Source: Paludibacter sp.
GTDB taxonomy: Bacteria > Bacteroidota > Bacteroidia > Bacteroidales > Paludibacteraceae
Assembly: GCA_023666945.1 (NCBI GenBank)
Contig: JAMPAY010000003.1
Span: 59,200-123,199, forward strand
DNA length: 64,000 nt
Reading direction: 5' to 3'
Shown: in pieces, positions 29,471 through 39,028 of the stretch
How the letters are laid out: each line of letters begins with the position of its first letter
Position numbering within the stretch: the stretch's first letter is position 1
The notes under the pieces: model-generated
Databases searched by the model: none
The model's input: the letters and a program-made list of their open reading frames with translations, nothing else
What the model was told of the DNA's origin: nothing
Translations under genes and position numbers: made by a program

Positions 29471-30042
29471 ATGTATCACATCTTTCTTTTTCTTATTGTC
29501 AGTCTATGCACCGAAACAATCGTCATTGCCTGCCTAATATATCTGCTTCATAAAGTAAAATTACAATTACGCCATACGAATCTACTAATTCGCCAAAACG
29601 ATCTTTTTACATCTCATCAACGATATAACCATCAGCAAAAAATAAAGAACAAAATACAACTCACAAAAAGAAGAAATCTAAAACAATCACACGAAGCCGA
29701 CTGTGTCAACTTTGGTACTTATTCAAAAAAAAAGAGCTGTTGAAAGATCTACAGCAACTCTATAACCCGCAAATTGTGCAACTACAAGAAACTACCCCAA
29801 CTCTCTCACAAACAGAGATTATCATTCTGATTTTGTTAGGTATGGGGTATAGCAACCACGACCTAATGTCGATACTTGATTATTCGCAACGAACCATCTA
29901 TAAGTACCGGCAACTTATTGCCAAACAACTCAACATTTCATCTTCCATGCTTGAGCAATACGCTACTCATCTCATCCATTCACCTCACTCCACTACCTCG
30001 CCGATGAGTGTGGCAGCGGAACATGACAAGATACGCACCTGA
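29471..30042 (+). pseudogene. Membrane-anchored LuxR-HTH regulator interrupted by a frameshift at an A9 homopolymer (29725-29733). ORF 29471..29743 is TM helix plus linker. ORF 29740..30042 in the next frame is the LuxR-type HTH.
   Basis: One extra A in the run fuses the two ORFs: ...YSKKK|ELLKDLQQ...LSQTEIIILILLGMGYSNHDLMSILDYSQRTIYKYRQLIAKQLN. Architecture mirrors gene 17225-18220. 3' end overlaps miaB convergently by 58 nt. Confidence 0.55.
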
Positions 30043-31304
30043 ATCAGTTCGCCTATACGACGTCCTTTCCGTGGGAAGACCACCGTCTTATAGCCCGATG
30101 TACGCCCATAGAGTTGTTCATTCGATCGTTTGGAAAAACCCTCTACCAACACCTCAAAAGTTTTTCCCACATCCCTTTGGTTGCTCTCCAACGACAGTTG
30201 GTTTTGCAGTGCAATAATCTCGTTCAGCCGCCGTATCTTCGTTTCTTCCGATATATCGTCCGGCAGATGCTTGCTTGCATAGGTACCCGGGCGTTCCGAG
30301 TATTTGAACATGAAGGCAGTATCAAACCCCACTTTACGCATCAAGGAAAGAGTTTGCCGATGGTCCTCCTCCGTCTCACTATGGAATCCGCAGAACACAT
30401 CCGTGCCTATAGTTGCATCCGGCAATATACGCCTGATTGCCGCTATGCGTTCCAGATACCATTCCCGCGTGTATTTCCGGTTCATCAACGACAATATCCT
30501 ATTGCTGCCGCTCTGCACCGGCAGATGGATGAATTTACACAGATTCTTATGTTGCGCAATCACCTCTAACGTTTTGTCTGACATATCTTTCGGGTGGGAA
30601 GTAGTGAAACGGATACGCATATCCGGCACCGCCTCGGCCACCATCTCCAACAATTCAGGAAAAGCCAATGTCATGCCGTCACGCTCAAAACGATAGGAAT
30701 TTACATTCTGCCCCAAGAGCGTTACCTCTTTATAGCCGCGTGCCTGCAAATCGCGCACCTCCGCCAATATGCTTTCTACGTCACGGCTGCGTTCACGACC
30801 TCTTGTATAAGGCACTACGCAATACGAACAAAAGTTATTACAGCCTCGCATGATACTCACAAAACCCGATATGGGATTACCTATGCGCGAAGGAATAATA
30901 TCTCTATATGTCTCTGTTTTAGATAATTCCACATTGATAGCAGGCATACCCTGTTCACATTGTGCCAACAAATTAGGTATATCCAGATAAGCATCCGGCC
31001 CTGCTGCAAAATTCACCCCATGTTTCTCTATCAGTTCCTGCCCCACACGTTCTGCCATGCAACCTATCACTCCTACGATACGCCCGGCATGCTTCTTGCG
31101 CTGCGAACCGAAATACTGCAAACGCGACAATATCTTCTGCTCTGCATTGTCACGAATAGAACATGTATTCAGCAACACCACATCCGCATTCGCCTCTTGT
31201 TCTGTCAGTTCATAATCTGCCGTCTGCATAATAGCGGCTACCACCTCCGAGTCTGCCACATTCATCTGGCAACCGTAAGTTTCTATATAAAAACGCTTGC
31301 TCAT
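29985..31304 (-). CDS. miaB: tRNA-2-methylthio-N6-dimethylallyladenosine synthase (radical SAM methylthiotransferase)
   Basis: MTTase N-domain (YIETYGCQMN), radical SAM CNNFCSYC, TRAM C-terminal domain. Confidence 0.9.
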   Translation of the reverse strand: MSKRFYIETYGCQMNVADSEVVAAIMQTADYELTEQEANADVVLLNTCSIRDNAEQKILSRLQYFGSQRKKHAGRIVGVIGCMAERVGQELIEKHGVNFAAGPDAYLDIPNLLAQCEQGMPAINVELSKTETYRDIIPSRIGNPISGFVSIMRGCNNFCSYCVVPYTRGRERSRDVESILAEVRDLQARGYKEVTLLGQNVNSYRFERDGMTLAFPELLEMVAEAVPDMRIRFTTSHPKDMSDKTLEVIAQHKNLCKFIHLPVQSGSNRILSLMNRKYTREWYLERIAAIRRILPDATIGTDVFCGFHSETEEDHRQTLSLMRKVGFDTAFMFKYSERPGTYASKHLPDDISEETKIRRLNEIIALQNQLSLESNQRDVGKTFEVLVEGFSKRSNEQLYGRTSGYKTVVFPRKGRRIGELIQVRILSCSAATLIGEVVE

Positions 31305-31333
31305 TCTTTTTTATAACACTGAAATCTTTGGGG

Positions 31334-31341
31334 CAAAGATA
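31334..31341 (-). promoter_or_regulatory. -7 box for miaB (plus strand CAAAGATA = TATCTTTG on minus)
   Basis: 30 nt upstream of ATG 31304. Confidence 0.4.
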
Positions 31342-31457
31342 CAAAAAAAACACAACAAACAATCCGGCAATAGAGATTCGCACCTTAAAATACCTTGTTT
31401 TTCAATAAAAATACACGTTTTATACAGACTATGCTTGTACATTCAAAAGAATAAGCG

Positions 31458-31465
31458 TACCTTTG
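31458..31465 (+). promoter_or_regulatory. -7 promoter box TACCTTTG for greA leader
   Basis: Consensus ~175 nt upstream of greA ATG. Confidence 0.4.
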
Positions 31466-31513
31466 CCTGCGAAAACAAAATAAAATTTTCATAGTTAAGG
31501 TTTAGGTTTAATG

Positions 31514-31546
31514 GCAACGAGAGGCTGGGAAGTTTCTCGTTGTTTT
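31514..31546 (+). terminator. Terminator-like hairpin in greA 5' leader (CAACGAGAG...TTTCTCGTTG + TTTTT)
   Basis: 9-bp stem with T5, between candidate promoter and greA ATG. Analogous to the E. coli greA leader terminator (GraL sRNA). Confidence 0.45.
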
Positions 31547-31638
31547 TCAGTTGTATCGCATTGTACATAACTACAAAAAACCAATCTTGCTATTATTTTG
31601 ATAAAGAAGAATTATAAATTATATAAAACACTAATACT

Positions 31639-32109
31639 ATGGCTGTTGTTTATATGACTGCAGACGGACTGCAAAAAATCAAAGATGAACTCGTCTATCT
31701 CGAAGGCGTTGAAAGACCGCGCGTTATCCAAGCGATTCAGGAAGCACGCGACAAAGGTGACTTAAGTGAAAACGCCGAATATGATGCCGCCAAAGAAGAA
31801 CAAGGCAAACTCGAATCAAAAATTGCCATGCTCAAAGCCAAAATAATGGAAGCACGCATCATTGACGACTCACGCATCAATACCAACGAAGTACAAGTGC
31901 TTACACGTGTCAAAATCAAAAATACGAAAACAGGGGCTGTAATGTCCTACCAACTTGTCACTGAGAGCGAAGCCAATTTCAAAGAAGGCAAACTCTCCGT
32001 CACTACCCCCATCGCCAAAGGATTACTTGGAAAGAAAGTGGGTGATGTAGCCACCATCAGCGTACCATCGGGTACTATGCAATTTGAAATACTTGAAATA
32101 TCGCTCTAA
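31639..32109 (+). CDS. greA: Transcription elongation factor GreA
   Basis: N-terminal coiled coil (LSENAEYDAAKEEQ), C-terminal FKBP-like domain. Confidence 0.85.
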   Translation: MAVVYMTADGLQKIKDELVYLEGVERPRVIQAIQEARDKGDLSENAEYDAAKEEQGKLESKIAMLKAKIMEARIIDDSRINTNEVQVLTRVKIKNTKTGAVMSYQLVTESEANFKEGKLSVTTPIAKGLLGKKVGDVATISVPSGTMQFEILEISL

Positions 32110-32114
32110 CAACC

Positions 32115-32525
32115 ATGACTATCTTCACACGCATCATTAATGGCGACATACCTTCTTACAAGGTAGCGGAAAATGATCGTTTCTACGCCTTCCTTGATAT
32201 TAATCCGCTTGCAAAAGGGCATACACTCGTTATCCCTAAATTAGCAGAACCGGAAGCCGACTACATCTTCGATCTCGATGACCAAACACTGGCCGACCTC
32301 AGCGTATTCGCCAAACAAGTAGCCATCGCCATGCGAAAAGTTATCGACTGCAAACGCATCGGAGTAGCCGTACTCGGCATGGAAGTAAACCATGTGCATA
32401 TTCATCTTATTCCGCTGCAAAAAGAAACCGATATGCTTTTCTCCAATCCAAAACTTCAACTCAGCAGTGAGGAAATGGCAGAAATAGCCAATTCCATTGC
32501 CGTAGCTTTCGATGGAGAAGAATAA
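32115..32525 (+). CDS. HIT-family nucleotide hydrolase (Hint-like)
   Basis: Histidine triad HVHIHLIP. 5 nt after greA stop. Confidence 0.8.
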   Translation: MTIFTRIINGDIPSYKVAENDRFYAFLDINPLAKGHTLVIPKLAEPEADYIFDLDDQTLADLSVFAKQVAIAMRKVIDCKRIGVAVLGMEVNHVHIHLIPLQKETDMLFSNPKLQLSSEEMAEIANSIAVAFDGEE

Positions 32526-32565
32526 ACACGCGTACCGATCAGAAGTACATAAACATTACTATAGC

Positions 32566-32602
32566 AGAAAGGTTTCCCGCATGGGAAACCTTTCTTGTTT
32601 TT
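32566..32602 (+). terminator. Rho-independent terminator (13-bp perfect stem AGAAAGGTTTCCC/GGGAAACCTTTCT, loop GCAT, then TGTTTTT)
   Basis: Direct reading, downstream of greA-HIT. Confidence 0.75.
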
Positions 32603-32734
32603 ATACACATATATTTCCGCCTTCATCGGTGATTATTGGCAAGTCACGATATTCGGAATACCCAATTACCCTATTATTCCCTATCTTGAAAGTGTTTCTA
32701 TGATATGCAATACTTTCCCATTGAAAAAAAAGTA

Positions 32735-32742
32735 TTACTTTT
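32735..32742 (+). promoter_or_regulatory. -7 promoter box TACTTTTG for sufB
   Basis: 65 nt upstream of ATG 32807. Confidence 0.4.
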
Positions 32743-32806
32743 GCATTTGGAAAAGAAGCAATATCACCAACATACTTGGTAGTATACACATATCCGATAT
32801 ACAACT

Positions 32807-34237
32807 ATGGCAGACATTATAGAAGACATCACATCCGGTGAATACAAATACGGATTCCATACCGACATCGAGACCGAAATCATTCCCAAAGGATTGAACG
32901 GAGATGTCGTGCGTCTCATTTCAGCAAAAAAGGGGGAACCCGAATGGTTGCTCCAATTCCGTCTGAAAGCCTACAAACATTGGAAAGAAATGAACGTTCC
33001 GACTTGGGCACACCTCTCCATTCCGGAAATCGACTTTCAGAACATATCCTATTACGCTGCCCCACGCACCAACGCCCCCAAAGATGAAAGCGAAATAGAC
33101 CCCGAACTTATCAAAACGTTCAACAAATTAGGTATTCCTCTTGAAGAGCAGAAAGCATTATCGGGCATGGCGGTAGACGCCGTAATGGATAGCGTAAGCG
33201 TGAAGACCACATTCCGCGAAACATTGGCAGAACAAGGCATAATCTTCTGCTCCATATCCGAGGCTGTGCGTGAACATCCCGACTTGGTAAAACGCTACCT
33301 CGGATCTGTCGTTCCCAGCACCGACAATTTCTATGCCGCGCTCAATTCGGCTGTATTCTCCGACGGCAGTTTCGTATATATACCCAAAGGAGTACGATGC
33401 CCCATGGAACTATCCACCTATTTCCGCATCAATGCCGGCAATACCGGACAATTTGAGCGCACACTGCTCATAGCCGATGAAGGAGCATACCTCAGTTATC
33501 TTGAGGGATGTACAGCCCCTATGCGCGATGAGAACCAACTCCATGCTGCCATTGTCGAAATAGTGGTAATGCAGGATGCCGAAGTAAAATACTCCACCGT
33601 ACAGAACTGGTATCCGGGCGATAAAGACGGCAAAGGAGGTATCTACAATTTTGTTACCAAACGCGGCATTTGTCACGAAAATGCACGACTCAGTTGGACA
33701 CAAGTAGAAACAGGCTCCGCCATTACCTGGAAATACCCTTCCTGCATTCTGAAAGGCGATAACTCTACTGCCGAATTCTACTCTGTGGCAGTCACCAACA
33801 ATATGCAACAAGCCGATACAGGAACCAAGATGATACACTTGGGAAAGAACACGCGCTCGCGCATTGTATCTAAAGGTATCTCTGCAGGACGTAGCCAAAA
33901 TTCCTACCGCGGCTTGGTAAAAGTGGTCCCCGGAGCAGAAAATGCACGTAACTACAGCCAATGCGACTCACTGCTATTAGGTGACAAATGCGGAGCACAC
34001 ACCTTCCCCGATATGCAAATAGCCAACCCGACCGCAGTGGTAGAACACGAAGCCACAACTTCAAAAATATCCGAAGAACAACTCTTCTACTGCCAACAAC
34101 GCGGCATCGGAACAGAAGACGCCGTCGGGCTCATCATAGGAGGTTATGCCAAAGAAGTGATCAACAAACTGCCTATGGAGTTTGCCGTAGAAGCACAGAA
34201 ACTATTGCAAGTAAGCCTGGAGGGCTCCGTCGGATAA
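32807..34237 (+). CDS. sufB: Fe-S cluster assembly scaffold SufB
   Basis: [10 protein letters not shown]..., [13 protein letters not shown], conserved C-terminal ...[10 protein letters not shown] core of SufB. No sufC/sufD/sufS follow. Confidence 0.8.
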   Translation: MADIIEDITSGEYKYGFHTDIETEIIPKGLNGDVVRLISAKKGEPEWLLQFRLKAYKHWKEMNVPTWAHLSIPEIDFQNISYYAAPRTNAPKDESEIDPELIKTFNKLGIPLEEQKALSGMAVDAVMDSVSVKTTFRETLAEQGIIFCSISEAVREHPDLVKRYLGSVVPSTDNFYAALNSAVFSDGSFVYIPKGVRCPMELSTYFRINAGNTGQFERTLLIADEGAYLSYLEGCTAPMRDENQLHAAIVEIVVMQDAEVKYSTVQNWYPGDKDGKGGIYNFVTKRGICHENARLSWTQVETGSAITWKYPSCILKGDNSTAEFYSVAVTNNMQQADTGTKMIHLGKNTRSRIVSKGISAGRSQNSYRGLVKVVPGAENARNYSQCDSLLLGDKCGAHTFPDMQIANPTAVVEHEATTSKISEEQLFYCQQRGIGTEDAVGLIIGGYAKEVINKLPMEFAVEAQKLLQVSLEGSVG

Positions 34238-34260
34238 AACCAACCACAAAATCACCACTC

Positions 34261-34488
34261 ATGAACGACAAAATCATCACATTCCGAACCTACGCCACAC
34301 TGCCCGAAGCAGCACGCGTCAAAGATATGTTGGAGCAAAACGATGTGCAATGTTTCCTCGCAAACGAGTGTTTTGCCCAATTATATCCCCTATACGGCAC
34401 TTCATCAGTAGGAGGAGTGCAACTCCATATCTTCGAGAAAGACAAACAGTTAGCCGAAGAAATTATACAAACATTCGAAGAAAAATAA
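34261..34488 (+). CDS. Small DUF2007-family protein (76 aa)
   Basis: Internal Met of ORF 33988..34488 preceded by the sufB stop. Pattern I.TFRTYATLPEAARVKDML...V.LHIF.KD...A fits DUF2007. Confidence 0.45.
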   Translation: MNDKIITFRTYATLPEAARVKDMLEQNDVQCFLANECFAQLYPLYGTSSVGGVQLHIFEKDKQLAEEIIQTFEEK

Positions 34489-34528
34489 CTTTTTTACTTC
34501 AAAGACTTGCACAGTTCGAAGAAAAGCC

Positions 34529-34536
34529 GTACCTTT
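34529..34536 (+). promoter_or_regulatory. -7 promoter box TACCTTTG for tRNA-fMet
   Basis: 27 nt upstream of tRNA 5' end. Confidence 0.45.
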
Positions 34537-34562
34537 GCAGCCGATTTCAACAAGAAATAACA

Positions 34563-34634
34563 TCGCGGAGTAGAGCAGTGGTAGCTCGTCAGGCTCATAA
34601 CCTGAAGGCCGGTGGTTCGATCCCATCCTCCGCA
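34563..34634 (+). tRNA. Initiator-type tRNA-fMet (anticodon CAT)
   Basis: CGCGGAG...CTCCGCA acceptor with C1xA72 mismatch. Strong identity to E. coli tRNA-fMet (CGCGGGGTGGAGCAGCCTGGTAGCTCGTCGGGCTCATAACCCGAAGG...). Anticodon stem has 2 of the 3 canonical G:C pairs (A29:U41 replaces one). Confidence 0.8.
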
Positions 34635-34642
34635 ACTCAGTA

Positions 34643-34670
34643 AGTCGCTCCTTAAGGTAGCGGCTTTTTT
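34643..34670 (+). terminator. Terminator after tRNA-fMet (GTCGCT-CCTTAAGGT-AGCGGC + T7)
   Basis: 6-bp stem with one G:U pair, then 7 T. Confidence 0.6.
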
Positions 34671-34746
34671 TATGCCCATATCTATCACTCTACTATCTTT
34701 TTATGCAAAAATAGGAGTGTTGTTTTCCGATTCAAAAAAAATGTAG

Positions 34747-34754
34747 TATCTTTG
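34747..34754 (+). promoter_or_regulatory. -7 promoter box TATCTTTG for secDF
   Basis: ~75 nt upstream of ATG 34831. Confidence 0.4.
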
Positions 34755-34830
34755 CGCACTATTTGTGTAATTCTTTACAGAAGAATACACTAACGACAAC
34801 GAATAATTAATCATCTAAATAACAGATAAC

Positions 34831-37800
34831 ATGCAAAACAAAGGACTTGTTAGAATTTTGGCTGTGTGCCTTACCTTGGTCTGCGCGTTCTACCTGTCGT
34901 TCAGCATCGTAACCAGCCACTACAACAAAAAGGCTGTTGAATATGCACAAGGCGACAAAGCACGCGAATACCAATATCTTGACTCCGTTGCGAGCAAGAA
35001 AGTTTATTTCGGGTACACGCTCAAACAATGCCGCGAAAAAGAAATTAATCTTGGTCTTGACTTGAAAGGCGGTATGAACGTAACCATGGAAGTGTCGGTG
35101 CCCGACATTCTGAAAGCACTTTCCGGATACAACACTTCGGAAAACTTCACCAAAGCAATGGCATTGGCGCAAGAGAAGCAGAAAAACAGCACCGGTGATT
35201 TCGTTACACTATTTATCCAATCATACAAAGAAATAGACCCTAACGCTCAATTGGCTTCCGTATTTTCTACTTTTGAACTCAAAGACAAAGTAACCCTAAA
35301 CTCGACCAACGATGAAGTTGAGAAAGTAATACGCGAAGAAGTAGACGGTGCTATTAACAACTCGTTCAACGTGTTGCGTACACGTATCGACCGTTTCGGT
35401 GTAGTACAACCCAATATACAGAAACTCGACCAAGCCGGACGTATTCTTATCGAACTTCCGGGTATAAAAGAACCCGAACGTGTGCGTAAATTGCTGCAAG
35501 GTACTGCCAACTTGGAATTTTGGGAGACCTATGATTTTGGTGAGATTCTGCCGCAAATGATGCAACTCAACCAAGCCATCGCTCAAATAAATGCCACCAA
35601 CGAAGCCGTTGCGGAAGAAGATACCATCGATGAAACCGATGACACTACCGTATCAGAACTTGACAGTCTGCTCCAAACAGCACAGACCGATGAGGCTGAC
35701 CAAAAGGAAGCCTTGGAAGCCTATACCAAACAGAATCCGCTCTTCGCTGTGCTCAATCCCAGTGTCAATCAAGCAGGACAAGCCTATCGCGGTCCTGTTG
35801 TCGGAACAGTTATCTATACCGATACCGCTAAGGTAAACAGCATGCTCAACTCGCAATTGGCTAAGAGTATACTCCCGCGTGACTTGAAACTTTGCTGGAC
35901 TGTTAAAGCCATTGACGAAGCAGGTGCCTACTACCAACTCGTAGCACTCAAAACCGTTAATCGTGACGGACGTGCTTCATTGGAAGGCGATGTTATAACC
36001 GACGCACGTGCCGACTTCTCACAAACAAGTGCCTACGCCAACGTATCGATGTCAATGAACGCCGAAGGTGCTAAAACATGGGCACGTATTACCAAAGAAA
36101 ACATAGGCAAATCGATTGCCATCGTTCTTGACGGATATGTTTATTCTTTCCCCACCGTGCAAAACGAAATCACGGGAGGCAACTCACAAATTACAGGTAA
36201 CTTCACCGTAGAAGAAGCAAAAGACCTTGCCAACACACTCAAGTCGGGTAAGATGCCTGCCCCCGCGCGCATTATACAAGAAGACGTAGTTGGTCCTTCA
36301 CTCGGACAGAAAGCCATTCATGACGGACTCATCAGTTTCATTATTGCCTTCTGCCTTGTATTGCTCTACATGATTTTCTACTATGGCTTTATCCCCGGAC
36401 TTGTAGCCGATGTGGCATTGCTTTGCAACGTCTTCCTGCTATTTGGTATATTGGCTTCGTTCAGTGCCGTGCTCACCCTTTCGGGTATTGCCGGTATCGT
36501 ACTGACCATGGGTATGGCCGTAGATGCCAACGTACTTATCTACGAACGTATACGCGAAGAGATGGCTGCCGGAAAGAACATGAAGAAAGCCATTCAGGAC
36601 GGTTACTCCAATGCTATCTCTGCCATTATTGACGCCAACGTTACCACTTTCCTTACCGGTGTCGTTCTTGCCGTATTCGGTACAGGACCTATCCGCGGTT
36701 TCGCCGTAACACTGATGATAGGTATCATATCTTCGTTCCTTACCGCCGTATTTGTAAGTCGTCTTTTGCTTGAACGCTATGCTGAAAGCAAACGCGCCAA
36801 AGAACTCCCCTTCACAACCAAACTCACCAAAAACTGGTTCCGCAACACCCATATTGATTTCGTTGGAAAACGCTTCTGGGGCTATGGTATATCGGGAGTG
36901 CTCATCATCTTCTGTATCTTGGGTCTGATTCCGGGAGCATTGCAGAGCGAACTTAATTTCGGTATCGATTTCTCAGGAGGACGTAACTATATCGTGCGTT
37001 TTGCACAACCCGTCAATACTGAAGAGATAGAAGCATCGCTGGATAACGTATTCAAAGAGACGCTGCAAACCAACGAAACCTATTCGCTCACTGTTATCAC
37101 CATCGGTGACAACAATCAGGTACGTATCTCGACCAACTATCGTATACACGAAAACGGAGAAGAACTTGACGACCAAATAGAAGCATTGCTCTACGAAGGA
37201 TGCAAGCCGTTCTTGGCAGACAACGTCACTCCCGAACAGTTCCTCTCTACACAAGTAGACGATACTATCGGTATCATGCAGAGCCAAAAGGTAGGTCCGT
37301 CTATTGCCGACGACATCAAAGTTGCCGCCATCTGGTCGATCCTCATCGCTTTGGTTATCATTGCGCTCTATATCTTTATCCGTTTCCGCAACCTCTCATT
37401 CTCGGCAGGTGCGCTTGTCGGATTGGCACACGATACCGTCATCATTCTCGGTTTGTATGCCTTGCTTTGGAAGATTATGCCTTTCTCCATGGAAATTGAC
37501 CAATCTTTCATCGCTGCCATACTGACCATTATCGGTTACTCCATCAACGATACTGTTGTCGTATTTGACCGTATACGCGAATACAACACACTCTATCCGA
37601 AACGCGACCGCAGAAGCAAAATCAACGAAGCACTAAATGCTACACTAAGCCGTACATTCTCCACTTCGATGTCGACCTTTGTCGTACTGCTCGCTATCTT
37701 CATCTTTGGTGGAGAAACCATTAGAGGATTCATCTTCGCCCTGATGCTCGGTGTTATTATAGGTACATACTCAACACTATTCATTGCAGTACCTATATCG

Positions 37801-37860
37801 TTCGATATACAAGACGCCATAGCACGCCGCAAAGAGAAGAAAGCCGCGCTGAAGAAATAA
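34831..37860 (+). CDS. secDF: Protein translocase subunit SecDF (fused SecD-SecF)
   Basis: 1009 aa. Large periplasmic P1 domain, 12 TM, two GxxDAN.LIYER / xxDxxVVVFDRIRE SecD and SecF signature blocks. Confidence 0.9.
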   Translation: MQNKGLVRILAVCLTLVCAFYLSFSIVTSHYNKKAVEYAQGDKAREYQYLDSVASKKVYFGYTLKQCREKEINLGLDLKGGMNVTMEVSVPDILKALSGYNTSENFTKAMALAQEKQKNSTGDFVTLFIQSYKEIDPNAQLASVFSTFELKDKVTLNSTNDEVEKVIREEVDGAINNSFNVLRTRIDRFGVVQPNIQKLDQAGRILIELPGIKEPERVRKLLQGTANLEFWETYDFGEILPQMMQLNQAIAQINATNEAVAEEDTIDETDDTTVSELDSLLQTAQTDEADQKEALEAYTKQNPLFAVLNPSVNQAGQAYRGPVVGTVIYTDTAKVNSMLNSQLAKSILPRDLKLCWTVKAIDEAGAYYQLVALKTVNRDGRASLEGDVITDARADFSQTSAYANVSMSMNAEGAKTWARITKENIGKSIAIVLDGYVYSFPTVQNEITGGNSQITGNFTVEEAKDLANTLKSGKMPAPARIIQEDVVGPSLGQKAIHDGLISFIIAFCLVLLYMIFYYGFIPGLVADVALLCNVFLLFGILASFSAVLTLSGIAGIVLTMGMAVDANVLIYERIREEMAAGKNMKKAIQDGYSNAISAIIDANVTTFLTGVVLAVFGTGPIRGFAVTLMIGIISSFLTAVFVSRLLLERYAESKRAKELPFTTKLTKNWFRNTHIDFVGKRFWGYGISGVLIIFCILGLIPGALQSELNFGIDFSGGRNYIVRFAQPVNTEEIEASLDNVFKETLQTNETYSLTVITIGDNNQVRISTNYRIHENGEELDDQIEALLYEGCKPFLADNVTPEQFLSTQVDDTIGIMQSQKVGPSIADDIKVAAIWSILIALVIIALYIFIRFRNLSFSAGALVGLAHDTVIILGLYALLWKIMPFSMEIDQSFIAAILTIIGYSINDTVVVFDRIREYNTLYPKRDRRSKINEALNATLSRTFSTSMSTFVVLLAIFIFGGETIRGFIFALMLGVIIGTYSTLFIAVPISFDIQDAIARRKEKKAALKK

Positions 37861-37883
37861 TACTTCAAGCATAAATGTATTGT

Positions 37884-37929
37884 CAACGCTGTTGCGCAAC
37901 GCTGTTGCGCAACAGCGTTCTTTTTTTTA
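37884..37929 (+). terminator. Strong rho-independent terminator (palindrome AACGCTGTT-GCGC-AACAGCGTT with duplicated left arm, then T8)
   Basis: Direct reading. CAACGCTGTTGCGC occurs twice in tandem before the right arm. Confidence 0.8.
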
Positions 37930-38049
37930 CATAATGCCTCACACATTCCGTAGCACCCCAACAGATAGCGAACATATACCGAGAGCACAAACACAACACA
38001 TAACGACAAAACGACTACGCCCGCGCTGAAGAATCGGAACAAACAACCA

Positions 38050-38130
38050 ATTATGATAAAACGAAAGTTCGACGAGACCTCGTTGATATCCCGTCGAAAT
38101 CCCGTAACCCTCTCGTACAAAAAACACCTG
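38050..38130. repeat. Intergenic iteron repeat element, copy C (degenerate; same orientation as copy B)
   Basis: AAAGTTCGACGAGACCTCGTT...CTCGTACAAAAAACACCTG aligns with copy B (AAAGGTCGACGAGATCTCGTT...CTCGTACACCTG). ACGRGAN units recur about every 11-12 bp. Confidence 0.6.
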
Positions 38131-38297
38131 CAAATAAACACCCCTATCAGCAACTAATTCCCTTAAAACAAGAAAAGTGTCGCAAATCTACACAATATAC
38201 TATGATTTAGATATTTACAACATAAATACCAACGGAGGAATACGGTATATTCAAAAAAATACACTATTTTTCAGTATTATGTATTGCATAGTATTAT

Positions 38298-38305
38298 AAA
38301 TTATA
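38298..38305 (+). promoter_or_regulatory. -7 promoter box TACCTTTG for ABC efflux operon
   Basis: 55 nt upstream of the preferred start 38360. Confidence 0.45.
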
Positions 38306-38359
38306 CTACCTTTGCCAACGAAAATAACACAAGACATTTATACAGAACCGATACGCTAC

Positions 38360-39025
38360 ATGATTCAACTCAACAACATTCATAAAACATACAACCCCAA
38401 TACGCCCAATGCCATGCACGTACTAAAAGGAGTTGATTTGCACATAGCAGAAGGCGAATTTGTTTCCATTATGGGCGCATCGGGGTCAGGAAAATCCACA
38501 CTGCTCAATATCTTGGGCATTCTTGACAACTACGATAGCGGAGATTACCATTTGGCCGGACGGCTCATAAAGAATCTGTCGGAAACACAAGCGGCACGCC
38601 TACGAAACGAACTAATAGGATTCGTATTTCAGAGTTTTAATCTCCTCAACTTCAAAAATGCCCTCGAAAATGTGGCACTTCCGCTCTACTATAAAGGTGT
38701 TTCACGCAGAAAACGCAACCTACTTGCCATGGAGCAACTCGAACGTATGGGACTGAAAGATTGGGCTCATCATCTGCCTAACGAAATGTCAGGAGGACAA
38801 AAACAACGTGTTGCCATAGCAAGAGCCATCGTAGCCAATCCGAAAATACTGCTCGCTGACGAACCCACCGGAGCATTAGACTCCAAAACAACCGACGAAG
38901 TAATGCAAGTATTCAAACAACTTAATCAAGAAGGGATTACTACGATCATCGTCACACACGAACAAAACGTTGCCGAACAAACCAAACGCATCATACGCAT
39001 CAAAGACGGAACAATCATTGAATAA
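38360..39025 (+). CDS. ABC transporter ATP-binding protein (MacB/LolD-like)
   Basis: Walker A GASGSGKST, signature LSGGQKQR, Walker B LLADEPTGALD. Internal Met chosen because the ORF start 38312 overlaps the promoter box. Confidence 0.85.
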   Translation: MIQLNNIHKTYNPNTPNAMHVLKGVDLHIAEGEFVSIMGASGSGKSTLLNILGILDNYDSGDYHLAGRLIKNLSETQAARLRNELIGFVFQSFNLLNFKNALENVALPLYYKGVSRRKRNLLAMEQLERMGLKDWAHHLPNEMSGGQKQRVAIARAIVANPKILLADEPTGALDSKTTDEVMQVFKQLNQEGITTIIVTHEQNVAEQTKRIIRIKDGTIIE

Positions 39026-39028
39026 TAC

